Positions 27,031 through 46,831 of a stretch of DNA of 64,000 bases are shown piece by piece. A model generated the notes under the pieces. It made no database searches. It was not told where the DNA came from and saw nothing but the letters and a program-made list of their open reading frames with translations. A program made the position numbers and the translations under genes. The DNA comes from the human T2T-CHM13v2.0 reference genome, Homo sapiens. The DNA is taken from the NCBI RefSeq assembly GCF_009914755.1, contig NC_060925.1; one strand, 5' to 3'. The first letter of the stretch is position 1. Each line of letters opens with the position of its first letter.

Positions 27031-27443
27031 CAGTGATGTGCTGGTAAAGGTTTAACAATCAGCTGTCTGGGAGGTAGGGGTGGGGCATTGCCTTGCAGTG
27101 TTTGCTGATTTCCATGGCCTGTTTGGAACTACCAAAGTGAAGTCACTGAGTGTGGGGTTAGGAGGAGATGCCCAGGAGTACCCCATTTCAGAGTATTTCT
27201 ACCACGTAGATGCAGTAGGGGGTATGTAACCTCAAGAGTGAAGATACTAATCAATACAGTAAAATAATTAGCAAGTGATGAGTTTTGAGTACTTATTACT
27301 TTTATTTTTAATGTGATATAATTTTAAGTTTATATAATTTATTTTCAAATGACATATGCCTTTAACAACTGGCTCTCAGAGTTCTGGAAAATTTCACTGT
27401 CAGTTCTTGCAAGGCAGGATGGGCTGGCTCCGGAGCACTGCTG
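27031..27443 (-). mobile_element. MER63-family hAT-Blackjack non-autonomous transposon
   Basis: Termini CAGTGATGTGCTGG and CCGGAGCACTGCTG; perfect 8-bp TSD CTGGAGTC at 27023-27030 and 27444-27451. Confidence 0.8.
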
Positions 27444-30014
27444 CTGGAGTCCCTCTTTTACTTAGAGTCAGAGAATAAATATGCCAGTGTTAAGATCACT
27501 CCCTTTAGAAGCTCAGGGCGTATCATGGGAGATTTAGTGAGGGCTCTACTTCCTTAAGGAGATTTTGTCTTCAGAAGGCAGAATAGACACCTGCTTGGGA
27601 AAGAACAGAGGTTGAAAAACACCATGTATGGGTTTTTTTTTTTTTTTTTTTCGGTTCTACCCACCATGTGTACTTGACCAAGACAGCACAGCACACAAGT
27701 TGCAGGTTCTGCCTTGCCTGGGCAGCTCCTGACTGTATATGCTTCAGCTTATAGAGTCAAAACAACTTGGCAACATCTAGCTTTATTCCTCCGGGACCCT
27801 TGTGCTCTAAGGATAGTTCTCTGGCTGCAGTACCCTGGCATTTTCCAGGTCTCAAGCTCTAGCCTCTTTACCAGTTTAGCAGGATGGTGCTAGTGGGTCT
27901 GTGGCCATAAGATTTTCCATTATTTCCTACAGCTTGTCTAGAGGAGTTGGGATATTTCTTGTCTCCCAGAACTCTCTCATGGGAAAAATTCTTACATGAG
28001 AGACAGAACACTTTACCCAACTGGAGTCAGGGAAAGTTACACATCTGTCCTGACCTCTGAGCTTCTGAAAAATCACTGAGCTTTATCAAAAGCACACAGG
28101 TCCAGAAGTGGAAATTTATAAGACAAAAGAAAATAGGAAATGAAAGTTGGAGGGGAAACCCTCTTAGTGTTGTTGCAATGCCAAGAACTGGGGGAGGGTT
28201 TACGGCTCTAGTAGTTTGCTGAAGGATGAACAGGACATGCCAGGGACCAGAGGGTCAGAACAACAGATAATCAGAAATGAAGAGGTCAATGGGTGGGAAA
28301 GTAGGAGTGAATGGTGTTGATAGATTTGTTTCTACCATTTTAGGGTTGTTCTGTAATGGCTGCCTATAGTCACAATCACGCCCACAATTCTTCCTACTCA
28401 TTAAGACCTCTGCTACCCTAGCCCTGAAATTTTCCTTCATCCCCTCCTGTCTTCACTTCCTTCCTAACCCAGTATAGATTCTATGGCCCTTCATAACCAC
28501 CCCTTTGGGCATGTCCTGGTCTTCCTCCAACATACCTTCCCAGCAAAACCCTAACCTTATGTAGATCCAGCTCTCTGCTCATTCTATACCATTCCAAGAA
28601 AGCAAACGTGGCCAGAGGAAAACCGCAACCGTGTGGACTGATTCTACCCTGAATACAAGATGATGCATCTCTAACGAGGCTCAGAACTGCCTGGAAGTCC
28701 AGCTACACTTCCCTAGTCAATCCACGCCCTCAATCCCCAGCTACAGTGGACCAACAGCCCTTACTCCTATTGAGGCAGCTCCCCCACCCCCATCCCCACT
28801 TAAACATTGGATCGATCCCATCTCCTGTCTACTTGGGACCTTTGGTCCTGCTGATATCCCCTCTCCCTCTTGAAACATCACTTATTTCCTTTCTACTGAA
28901 TCAAAACTCCAAATTTCTTATGACATTTAAACTTCTCCTCTCTCTCAGCCTTTGTCTGCATCAGGCCAGGAGCTGCAGTGGGGAATAATGGATGGTGATG
29001 AACTTCATCTGTTTCCCTGCTGTGTACATCTCCTCCTCCTCCCCTTCTCACTAGGCTGCCTCTTGTCCTCTGGGGCTGCTGCTCTGGGAGAGGGAGGAGA
29101 TGCAAAGAGCAGGAAAGGTCTTGCTCGGCTGGTACTGTTGTAGGATAGCACAGAATTTTCTGGCCTTGGCAGGTGTTTAAAGCTGACTTTCTTCTCTTGG
29201 GTCTTACATAGGTTTCTTACACAGGGGTTGGGCTTCTCTGCTGGCAGCTTCCTTGATACTGACCCTGCCTTTCCTCCAGCTCTCCATTCATCACCCCTCC
29301 CTTAGCGCCTATGCATCCTTTAGTCCACACCATACAGACTCTTGTGGGGACCCCATTGTTCCTCCAGGCAGGCTATATGAACAGCATCCCCAGGCCACCA
29401 TCCCTTGCTGGGCTCTCATCAGCATTTTGGTCCTACTGTCATGGGATTACGGCTACTTCCCAACACAACAGTCTTTACTTGGCTATGCCCAGGCAGATAA
29501 CCAGCCACAGGTTCTTGCCTTCATTACCTTTGCAGGCGTGGGTCCAGCTCCAGTCGCTTATTTCTATTATGGTCGCCAAGTGGTTCCTGAAAGCCCCAAT
29601 CACTTGTTTTCATGTGAAGGGCAGGCTTCTTCCTCAGAACATTTCTCCATCTTTCTCCAAGGAAATCAAGTTCTGTCTCTCTCCACTTACTCCCCACTTT
29701 CCATCTCAATCTTTAACACCTGTAAGTGCTTGATGTGCTCAGGGTTGTAAAGTGGGTTCTTCAATATCTCAGTTGTGTGTCCCTTGTAGATGGTTTAGCC
29801 CTCACTCTGGAATGTGGGCTCATTTTGCACCTATCAGTTTGCGCCAAGCCTTTGGGCTCTCCTTCAAAACTGAGGAAGAAAGAGTTGTGTATTAGCATCT
29901 TGTTTCACACATCCCTATCCACCCATGGCTATCTCCACAACCCCCAAATTTGGTTGGCTTCTTCACCAAATACTTCTCTCTAGGAATGCTCCTCCAGCAC
30001 CCCTGACTCATTGA

Positions 30015-30274
30015 GCCCAGGCTGGAGTGTAGTGGCGTGATCTTGGCTCACTGCAGCCTCTGCCTCCCGGGTTCAAGCCATTGTCCTGCCTCAGCTTCCT
30101 GAGTAGCTGGAATTACAGGTGTGCACCACCACGCCTGGCTAATTTTTGTATTTTTAGTAGAGATGGGGTTTCACCATGTTGGCCTGGCTGGTCTTGAACT
30201 CCTGACCTCACACAATCCACCCGCCTCGGCCTCCTAAGTGCTGGAATTACAGGTGTGAGCCACTGTCCCCAGCC
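30015..30274 (-). mobile_element. AluS lacking its 3' end and tail
   Basis: Starts at GCCCAGGCTGGAGTG with no T-tract; ends CACTGTCCCCAGCC. Confidence 0.88.
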
Positions 30275-30821
30275 CTCTTCCTGACTTTAAAGTTTTCGTT
30301 GTAATTTTCTTTTCTTCTCTTCCTCTGTTTTTTTTTTAAATTAATATTTTATTTTATGATTTGTTTATGTAATAGCCAGCATGAAGGGTGGGTGCAGGGA
30401 TGATGGCAGGAGGAAGAGGCCACACTGCACAGCGGAATGACAGACCTCTCCCTGCTGTCCTCCTGAGCCGCCCTGCAGTCCCACTCAGAGCTTTCTGCAG
30501 TAGGCAATCGTCTTGCTTGGGGGAAGCCAGCATCTTTTGAGCATGCTCTCTGCCATCTTTGGTGTAAGGGTTTTACTCTTCATATATGTCATCTTGGTGT
30601 TATAAAATCCAGAATGCTTTTCCTCTGAGTATCACGTCCATGTTCTGGAAGATAGAGGACGGGATGGAGTCTGTGTCAGAAAAGCACAAGCTTCCCCCAT
30701 AAATTCCCAGCACTCTTCTGCTTGTGTTTCATTCACCAGAGCTGTGTGTGCATCCCTAGCTCTAAGGGAGTCTAGGAAAGTGAGAATAATAGAAAACTCC
30801 CTAACTTTGTCAAAGCCTTCC

Positions 30822-31560
30822 ATTTTGTTTGTTTTGAGATAATCTCAAATGTATAGTGAAGTTGCAAGTATAGTACAAAAACCTTTATTCCCCCTGAACT
30901 GCTGAGAGTAAGTCACCAGCCAATGCCCCAGCACTCCTGAAAAATTTAATGTGTATGTCCTACAAACAATGGATTTGTTTGTAGGACATGCTGCATGTTG
31001 CATAGCTGCATAGCTGCAATACAACCATGGGAATCAGGAAATTAACACTGGTATAGTATTGCCTGTTAATCCCTGGAGCCCATTCCTGTTTTGCCATTTG
31101 TCCCAAGGATCTCCTTTATAGCAAAAGTATCCAGTTTGGAATTCTGTGTAGCATTTGGTTGCCATGTCTCTTTGGTCTCTTATGTCTGGAACAGTTCCTC
31201 AGTCTTTCCTTGACATGACCTTGACAATTTTAGATTAGAGGCCAGTTATTTTATATAATAGATCTCTATTGGTGTGGGTTTGTTTGTTTTCGTGTGATTA
31301 GATTCAGGTTTTGCCTCTTTGGAAAGAAGATCACAGGAGTGATCTGGGTTCCCACTGCATCCTAGCAGGTGGAGCTCAATTCCAGTTTGTCCTATTACTG
31401 AAGATGTTTGCTTTGATTACTTAAACTGGTGTCTGCTGGGCTTCTCACTGTGACATTTTCCTTTTCCCTTTGTAACTAAAAAGAATCTTGCAGGGCAGTA
31501 CTTCAAAACTATTCAGATATCCCACTTCTCATCAACCATGGAATTTACTCATTTATTTAT
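30822..31560 (-). mobile_element. Old L1 (L1MC-type) 3' UTR fragment
   Basis: TTTTGAGATAATCTCAAATGTATAGTGAAGTTGCAAGTATAGTACAAA...AATCAGGAAATTAACACTG...GGAACAGTTCCTCAGTCTTTCCTTGAC. Confidence 0.7.
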
Positions 31561-31576
31561 TTAGGTTAGTTGAGAC

Positions 31577-32596
<1,020 letters not shown>

Positions 32597-32614
32597 CTAC
32601 TCTCCCCTGTGTGA

Positions 32615-33033
<419 letters not shown>

Positions 33034-33067
33034 AGGGAAAGGCTACTTTTAAAAATCTTTATAATTT

Positions 33068-33359
<292 letters not shown>

Positions 33360-33599
33360 TTATATTTTGAAATACTCAGATTTTTTTTTAAGGAATAATA
33401 ATTGCTAATGCTCTTGGTGCTTACTAGGTACTAGGCATTGTAGACACTTTAAACTGAGCTTGTGTAATCTTCACAGCCTCTGTAGGAAGTTGTATAATTA
33501 TAATCTCTATTCATAGGTGTGGAAATTGAGGCAGAGAGAAGTTTAGTGACTTGTCCAAGGTCACACAGTTCATGAGTGATGGAACCAGGACTTGGATTC

Positions 33600-35400
<1,801 letters not shown>

Positions 35401-35506
35401 TAATTGATGGACAAAAACTGCACATTTTAACATGCACAATTTGATAAGTTTTGACATTAATATATATCTATAAAATCATAAGCACAATCATGTAAATGAC
35501 CATACC

Positions 35507-36032
35507 TCTGGCAGACAGACTATAAAAGGGCCCCCAGTTGTCCCCCCTCCACCTGGTATCCATGCCCTGTGAACCCCATTGTGTGGGCAGGACCCACAGC
35601 TTTTTTCTAACCAAAAGAATAAATCGCTGCTGTGATTGTTTTATGTAAGAGTGCAATTTCCATCTTGCCAGTAGACTCTCTCCCTTGCTGCCTTTGATGA
35701 AGCAAGCTGCATGCTGTGAGCTGCCCTATGGGGATGCCCACATGGCAAAGAAGTGAGCGTGGCCCCTGGCCAATAGCCAGTGAGAAACTGAGGCTCTCAG
35801 TCCAATAACCCATAAGGAACTGCACCCTGCCAATCATCATGTGACCTTAGAAGCAGATCCTTCCCCAGGAAAGCGCTGAGATGAGTCTGCAGCCTTGTGA
35901 GGAACCCTAGAGCAGAGCACCCAGCTAAGCCATGCCTAGATTGCTGACCCCTAGTAATTGTGAGATGACAATTGTGTGTTGTTTTAAACAAATTTGTAGT
36001 AATCTGTTATGCAGCAATAAAAAACTAGTACA
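35507..36032 (+). mobile_element. MLT1 (E/F-like) MaLR solo LTR
   Basis: GCCTTTGATGAAGCAAGCTGC...GCCAATAGCCAGTGAGAAACTGAGGCTCTCAGTCC...TGTTATGCAGCAATAAAAAACTAGTACA; flanks ATACC/ATATC. Confidence 0.75.
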
Positions 36033-36186
36033 ATATCCATTATTCCCAAAAGTTTTATTATGCCTCTTTGTAATCCACCACACCTTTTCCTCCCCAACTC
36101 CATCTCCAGGCAACTACTTGTCTGTTTTCTGCTACTATAATTTAATCATCTGGAATTTTACATAAATGGACTCAAACAGTATTTAC

Positions 36187-36760
36187 TTTTTAAAAAAATT
36201 AATTTTACTTTATGTTCCAGATACATGTGCAGAATGTGCAGGTTTGTTACATAGGTATACATGTGCCATGGTGGTTTGCTGCACCCATCAACCCATCATC
36301 TAGGTTTTAAGCTGACATGCATTAGGTATTTGTCCTAATGCTCTCCCTCCCCTTGGCCCCCACCCCCCGACAGGCCCCAGTGTGTGTTTTTCCCCTCCCT
36401 GTATCCATGTGTTCTCATTGTTCAACTCCCACTTATGAATGAGAACATGCGGTGCTTGGTTTTCTGTTCCTGTGTTAGTTTGCTGAGAATGATGGCTTCC
36501 AGCTTCATCCATGTCCCTGCAAAGGACATGAACTCATCCTTTTTACGGCTGCATAGTATTCCATGGTGTATATGTGCCATGTTTTCTTTATCCAGTCTAT
36601 CATTGATGGGCATTTGGGTTGGTTCCAAGTCTTTGCTGTTGTAAATAGTGCTGCAATAAACATACGTGTGCATGTGTCTTTACAGTAGAATGATTTATAA
36701 TCTTTTGGGTATATAGCCAGTAATGGGATGGCTGGGTCAAATGGTATTTCTGGTTCTAGG
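36187..36760 (-). mobile_element. L1PA (about PA8-PA11) 5'-truncated 3' end
   Basis: ACATGTGCAGAATGTGCAGGTTTGTTACATAGG...; minus-strand ORF2 C-terminus [33 protein letters not shown]. Confidence 0.88.
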
Positions 36761-37060
36761 GTGTGTGGTAGTATCTCTTTGTGATTTTAAATGCATTCGC
36801 CTATTGGCTGATGATACTGAGCATCTTCTCATGTGCTTATTTGCCATCCATACATCTTCTTTGGTGAACTGTCTCTTCAAATCTTTTCCCATCTTTTAAT
36901 TGAGTTGTTTGTCTTCTTATTGAGTTTTAAGGCTTCTTTATACTTTCTAGATACAAGTCTTTTGTTTAATATATGTTTTGCAAATCTTTTCTCCCAGTCT
37001 ACGGCTTGCTTTTTATTTTTGTAACAATATCATTCCAAGAGCAGAAATTTTAAATTTTCC

Positions 37061-37577
37061 TCTTAACAGAATAATGCTCCACCCTCAAAGATTTCTACAA
37101 CCTAATCTCTGGGACTTGTGAATATATTACCTTTCATGGCAAAGAGGAATTAAGGTTGCAGATGGAATTAAGATTGTTAATCTGCTGACCTTAAAATAGA
37201 AAGATTATCCTGGATGATCTGGGTGGGCCGAAAGTAGTCACAAATGTCCTGAAAAACAAAAGAAGAAGGAGGAAGAGGAGGTCAGAATGATGCAATATGA
37301 GAAGGGCTCAACTAGCCATTGTTGGCTTTGAAGAGGAAGGAAGAGGGTCACAGCCAAGGAATGTACGAAGCCTATAGAAACTGGAAAAGGCAAGGACATA
37401 GATTCTCCCCTACAGCCTCCAGAAAGGAATTTGGCCTTGCTAACACCTTGACTTTTAGTCCAGGGAGATATATGTCAGACTTCTGACCTACAGACTTGTA
37501 AGATAATAAATTTATGAGGTTTTTAAAAGCCATTACGTTTATATAATTTGTGACAACATCAATAGGCGACTAATACA
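37061..37577 (+). mobile_element. MLT1D-like MaLR solo LTR
   Basis: GGCAAAGAGGAATTAAGGTTGCAGATGGAATTAAG...GATTCTCCCCTACAGCCTCCAGAAAGGAA...ACTAATACA. Confidence 0.82.
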
Positions 37578-37611
37578 ATTTCAATGATGTCCAATATATT
37601 GATCTTTAAAT

Positions 37612-37789
37612 TAATTTTTTTATGTTTATTCGTTTATTTTTTAGAGACAAGGTCTCACTCTGTCACCCAGGCTGGAGTGCAATGGTGTGATCATAGCTCA
37701 CTGTGACCTCAAACTCCTGGGCTCAAGAGATTCTCCCACCTCAGCCTCCTAAGTACCAGGACTATAGGTGTGACCATCACACCTGGCTA

Positions 37790-37847
<58 letters not shown>

Positions 37848-37963
37848 GGCATGGGGTCTCAACATGTTGCCCAGGATAGGATTGAACTCCTAGTCTCAAG
37901 CAATTCTCCCACTTTGGTTTCCCAAAATGCTGAGATTACAGGTGTGAGCCACCATGCCCGACC
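37612..37963 (-). mobile_element. AluJ with a (TG)n microsatellite replacing the central linker
   Basis: AluJ arms on both sides of the TG run. Confidence 0.88.
37792..37844. repeat. (TG)~26 dinucleotide microsatellite
   Basis: Uninterrupted TG run of about 53 bp. Confidence 0.97.
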
Positions 37964-39345
37964 CAAGTTTTCCTCTTTATAGTTTGTGCTGCTTCTGCTT
38001 GCTTAAGCTAAGGTCACTAAGATTTTCTCCTTTGTTTTCTTCTACAAGTTTATATATTAGCTATTATATTTAGGTCTATGACCCACTTTGAGTTAATTCT
38101 GTATATGATATGAAGTAATTTTTTTTTTGCATTTAGTTATCCAATGGTTCCAGCACCATTTGTTGAAAAGATTCCTTTTCCTCATTCAGTCATTAGGCGC
38201 CTTTTTTGAAAATCAATTGACTGTATATATGGCTCTATTTCTGGGTTCTGTTCCATTGATTTATATGCCTGTCTTTATGCAAATACTACCCAGTCTTGCT
38301 TATTGTAGCTTTATAATTAATCTTGAAATTAGGTAGTATAAGTCTTCCTTGTTCTTATTTTTCCTATTTTGACTAGTCTAGGTCTTTTCCCTTTACATAC
38401 AAATATCTACAAAAAGACCACTGGGATTTTGATTGGGATTGTGTAATATTGTAGGTCAATATGGGAAGAAATGATATCTTAACAATATTGACTCTTTGGA
38501 TCCAGGAACATGAAATATTTCTCCATTTGTTTAGGCCTTCTTTGAGCTCTCTCAGCAATGTTTTATACTTTTCAGTGTAAAAGTCTTGCACATCTTTTTT
38601 CAAATTTAATCTATTTTCTATTTTTGATGCTGTTAAAATGGTACTTAAAACATTTCAATGTCCAGTTGTTTATTGCTAGTATATACAAATACACTTGATT
38701 TTACCTTCTATCAAGTAATCTTGTTAAACTCACACAAAAGTTCTAGTAGTCTTTTTTGTAGATTCCCTAGGATTTTCTACATAATCTGAAAATACAGAGA
38801 GTTTTACTACCACTACCTTCTTTCCAATTTGTATGCCTCTTTTCGTTTTTCTAGTCTTATAGCATTGGTTAAGACCAAATTGTTGAATTTATCACCATAA
38901 AGTTGTCATAATATTCCCTTATTGCCATTTTAAGGTCTGTAGGTTCTATGATGCTGCCTTCTTCTTCCTCACTCTTGATGTTGATCATTTGTGTCTTCTC
39001 TATTTTTTTCCCTAATTAATCTGGCTAGAGATTCAACTATTTTATTCATTTTCTCCAGGAATTAGCTTTTGGGTCCATTAGTTTTTTTCTATTTTTAAAA
39101 GTTTAATTATTTTGTGCTCTTATCTTTATTTCCTTTCTTTGGCTTTAATTTGTGCTTTTTCCTAATTCTCCAAGGTAGAAGCTGAGGTCACTGAAAATAA
39201 ATCTGATATTACCTCTCTAATATTAATGTTTAATGCTACAAATTTTCCTCTAAACGCTACTCTAGCTACAGCCCATGTAATTGTATATGTCATGTTTAGT
39301 TTAGATTAAAGTATTTTCTAATTTCCCCTGTGAGTTTTTCTTTGA

Positions 39346-40792
<1,447 letters not shown>

Positions 40793-41406
40793 AAAGTGTG
40801 TTGCTTAGTTTCCAAATACTTGGGAAGTTTTCAGGTATCTTTCTATGATTATCTAATTAAATTCTCTTGTGACCAGAGAATATATTTTGTGTAATTTGAA
40901 TCATTTAAAATTTATGGTGACTCACTTTATGGCCCAGATGGTCTATCTTGGTAAATGTTCCATGAGCACTAGAAAAAAATATGCATCCTGTTGCTATATG
41001 GAAGAGTGTTCTCAAAATGTCAGTCAGGTCCAATAGGTTAGTAGGGTTCCTCAAGTGTACAATATCCTTGCTATTTTCTGTCTATTAGTTTTATCAATTA
41101 TTGAAATAGAAATGATGAAATCTCCAACGGTAACTGTGGATTTGTCTATTTTTTCTTATATTTCTATCAGATTTTCCTTCATGTATTTTGAAGCTATGGT
41201 ATTAGGTGCATAAATATTTTTGGATTATTACATTATGTTGAAGAATTGACACCTTTATCGTCATGAAATGATGCTAATTATTCCTAGTGATATCTCTTGT
41301 TCTGAAATCTACTTTGTCTGATATTAGCATAGTCATTACAACTTTCCTTTGATTAGTATTAGCATGGTATATCATTTCTATCCTTTTATTTTTAATCTGC
41401 CTTTGC

Positions 41407-41541
41407 TTTTATTTTATTTATTTAGGAGTTGAAGATCTCACTATGTTGCTCAGACTGGCCTTGAACTCCTGGGCTTAAGGGATCCTCCTGCCTCAGCCTC
41501 CTGAGTAGCAGAGACTGCAGGCTCGAGCCACTGTACCTAGT
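41407..41541 (-). mobile_element. FLAM / Alu monomer
   Basis: TCTCACTATGTTGCTCAGACTGGCCTTGAACTCCTGGGCT...GAGCCACTGTACCTAG. Confidence 0.8.
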
Positions 41542-41624
41542 TTTGTCTTTGCCTTTATATGTAACTTGGGTATCTTAGAGACAGAAAATAATTGGGTCTT
41601 GCTTTTTTAAAAAAAAGTCCTGTC

Positions 41625-41972
<348 letters not shown>

Positions 41973-43040
41973 TTATGTGATTATTAATACAGTTGGGCTT
42001 AAATCTATTATCCTGTTAATTGTTTCCTGTTTGTTCCATCTTTTCTTAATTCCCTTTTTCCTTTTTTGTGTCTTCTTATTGGTTAATCATTTCTATGATT
42101 CTACTTTATCTTCTTTATTAGCATATTAGCAATACCTCCTTGTTTCATTTTTTTCATTTGTTGCTTTAGAGTTTATACTACACACCTTTAATTTATATAG
42201 TCTACTTTCAAGTAATATTTTACCACTTCGTGTAAAATATAAGCCCCTTACAACAGTATATTTCTATTTCTGCTCTCCCAGATTTTATGCTATTTTTGCC
42301 CTACATTTTGTTTCTATATATGTTGTAAACCTCACAATGTATTACTATTATTTTTGCTTTAAACAATAAATTATCCCTTTTAGATATTTCAATTTAACTT
42401 TTTTTATATTTATCTACATATTTACCATTTCCAGAAATTTCTTTTATTTTTTGGTATAAATCCAAATGTCCATTTGGCATCATTTTCCTTTTGTGCAAAA
42501 AAACCTTCCTTTAACGCTTCTTAAAATTCTGCTGTTGATTTTCTCTCATTGCTTTTGGACATTCTCTTTAACACTAGTTCTTAAAATTCAATTATGATGT
42601 GTCTTGATATAGTTTTCTTCATGTTTTTTTTTCCTGCTTGGGGGTTCATTGAGCTTCTTAGATCTGCAGGTTTATCGTTTTGTCACATTCAGAAAAGTTT
42701 TAATCATTCTTTCTTTAAATATTTTTTCTGCTCCCTCTTCTGGACTCTGATGGCACGTATATTAGGCAATCTGATGTTGTTCCTCAGCTTACTGACGCTT
42801 TGTTGGTTTCTTTTTTCCAGACTTCTTCTCGGCGCTGCATTTTGAATTGTTTCTACTAGTGTATCTTGAAGTTTACTAAGCTTTTCTTCTGGAGTGTCTA
42901 AGATGCTGTTCATCTCGGCCAGTATTTTTTCATCTGTAGAATTTAATTCAGTCTTTTTTTATGTTCTCCATATCTCTCCTTAACATGCTCATACATTCTT
43001 CTACCTTTGTGAACACATGGAGTATATTATCACTTTTTAA

Positions 43041-43431
<391 letters not shown>

Positions 43432-45340
43432 CTGGGTCGTATTTTCCTGCCTCTTTGTATGCCTGTTAAGGTTTGATTGGATGCCAGATGTGGCTGGAAA
43501 GGTCACTCATGATTAGTTACTTCTACTAATTCTCTGACTTCATCTTCTAATCTCCACCCCTCCCAGGTCTCTGATTTTGCCACCCTGAACTTCTTGCACA
43601 CTTCCTCGTTCATTTGCACATGCTGTCCCCTTTCTCTGGGGCACTCTTCCCTAGGCGGTCCCCATGGGTTTCTCCCTAACTTCATTTGGGTCTGTGTTCA
43701 AATGTCACATTACCAAAAACATTCTATCACCTTTCCTTGCTTTATTTGCCTTTAAACATTTATAACCACTTGCCAGCCATGTTACTTACTGATTGTCTAT
43801 TTTTACCTCACCGCCCACCTCTGCTAAAATGTACCATGACAGCATCACCGAGAACTACTGCCATCAGCTATATAATGAAACTATTTTTAAGCAACAACAA
43901 CAGCAGCAGAGAAGAGGGACCAACAGGGTCCAATGCATCAGAGGGGTCCAAACTGGTAAGCACTGAAAAATATCTATTGAATCGGACAATTAGGAGGACT
44001 AACCTCCTCAAGAGTAAGTTCCTGCAGTTTGCTGGATAAAGGGCATCAGAGCGCCGTGGGTTGGGTTGAGGACATCTTCTCCCTTACAGCCTCCTGGTTC
44101 TTCTCTCAGAAAAACTTCTCCTCCTTCCCAGCTCAATCCTATTTATTTATTTTAAAATTTATTGTGTATATTTAAGGTATACAACATGCTGTTATAGGAT
44201 ACACATAGTTAGTAAAATATTTACTATAGCAAAGCAAATGAACATCTCTGTCGTCTCCGCACAGTTACCCATTTTTGTTGCTTTTGTGGCAAGAGCAGCT
44301 ACAATCTAGTCATTTAGTAGGAATCCCAAGTACAGTGCGATTTTATGACCTACAACCATCATGGTGTACATTAGATCTCTCCACACACCTGTTACATTGT
44401 ATCCTCTGACCTACGTCTTCCCATTTCTTCCTCCCATTCCTCCCCAGCCTGCTTCCACCCCAGTAACTGCTGTTTTATTATCTGCGTCTGCACATTTGAT
44501 TTTGTTTTTAGATTCCACATGTAAGTGACATCATGCACTATTTTTTTTTCCTGTCTGACGCATTTCACTCAGCATAGTGTCTTCCAGGTTAATCCATGTT
44601 GTGCCAAACGACAGGACCTTCTTTTTAAAGGCTGAATAATATTCCATTGTATACAGATGCCACAGTTTTTTAAATCCATTCCTCCATCGACACTTGGGTG
44701 GTTCCATATCTTGACTATTGTGAAGAATGCTGCGTGAAAATAGAAGTGCAGGTATTTTAAAAAGGTGGTTATTTCATTTTGGGGGGATATAGTCACAGAA
44801 CAGAGATTGCTGGGTCTTCTGGTAGTTCTGTTTTTAATTTCTTTAGAAACCTCCATACTGTTTTCCATGATGGCTGCACCAAATCTACATTCCCACCAAC
44901 AGTGTACAAGTGTTCCCTTTTCCCCACACCCCTATGACTTTTTGATAATAGCCATCCTATAGGGTCTAAAATAATATCTCATAGTGGTTTTGATTCACAT
45001 TTTCCTGATGATTAATGATGTCAAGGACCTTTTCATATATCTGTTGGCCATTTTTATGTCTTCTTCGGAGAAATGTCTATTCAGGTCCTTTGCCCATTTT
45101 AAAATTAGTTTATTTGTTTTTCTATAATTGATTTGTATGTGTACTTTATAAATGTTGGATATTAACCCCTTATCGGATATATGGTTTGCAAAAATTTTTT
45201 CCCAGTCCATAAGTTGCTATTTTGTTTTGTTGATTGTTTCCTTTGTTGTGCAGAATCTTTTTAATTTGATGTAGCCCCATTTATTTATTTTTGCTTTTGT
45301 AGCCTGAGCTTTTGCTGCGATCTCCAAAAAATCATTGCCA

Positions 45341-45478
45341 GTTGGATGTGGTGGCTCACACTTATAATCCCAGCACTTTGGGATGTGAGGTGGGAGGATC
45401 ACTTGAGTCCAGAGGTTCGAGACCAGCCTGGGCAACATAAGGAGATGCTGTCTCTACCAAAAAGGAAAAAGAAAACGA
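45341..45478 (+). mobile_element. FLAM_C-like Alu monomer within the L1MA
   Basis: TSD AAAAATCATTGCCA on both sides. Confidence 0.85.
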
Positions 45479-46419
45479 AAAAAATCATTGCCAAGGCAAC
45501 TGTCCAGGAACTTTTCCTCCATGTTTTCTTCTAGGAGTTTTATAGTTTCAGATCTTGCATTTAGGTTTTTTTAAAAAAATCTATTTTGAGTTGATTTTTG
45601 TGTATGGTGTCAGATAAGGGTCTAGTGTCATTCTTTTGCATGTGGAAATCCAGTTTTCCTGGCATCATTTATTGAGAAGACCATCCTTGCCCCATTTTGT
45701 CCTCTTGGAGCCCTTGACAAAAATGAGTTGACCATATATGTTTGAAATTATTTCTAGGCTGTCTCTTCTGTTCCGTTGGCCTATATGTCTTTTTTTCTGT
45801 CAGTACCATACTGTTTTGTTTACTATGGTTTTGAAATATATAGTAATTTTTCACTATATTTTTAAATTTTTAACTTTTACTATATTTTAAAGTAATTGTT
45901 AAATCAAGAAATGTAACGCTTCAGAATGCCTTCAGGATGGCTAATCATTAACAGTTTTCTTTCAGAAACTGTAAGAATTTAACACAAAAAGTAGTTTGGA
46001 AGCACACATTAAGGAGTTACCGGAAGAAGTTTCTTTTCCTAAATGTGCCTATAGGACCAGATACAAATCCAGCCCTGAATAATAAATGGAAGATTTCTAT
46101 TTGTATTTCTTTCTTAGAATTGTTTTGGCTATTTGGGGTCTTTTGTGGTTCTGTATGAATTGTAGGAATTTTTTTTTTCTATTTCCATGAAGAATGTCAT
46201 TGGGATTTTGATAAGAATTGTGTCAAGTCTGTATATTGCTTTGGATAATAGGGACATTTTAACAATATTAATTCTTCTGATCCATGAGCACAGAATATCT
46301 TTCCATTTGTTTATATCTTTTTTAGTTTTTTTATTGATGCTTTATAGTTTTCAATGTACAGATCTTTCATCTCCTTGATTATTTCTCCCAAGTATTTTAT
46401 TTTATTTTATTTTATTTTA

Positions 46420-46818
<399 letters not shown>

Positions 46819-46831
46819 GCTATTGATTTTT

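Noticed and set aside
29253-29750. 165-aa and 140-aa overlapping ORFs
   Set aside because: No homology recognised and no supported splice context; probably decayed ancient repeat
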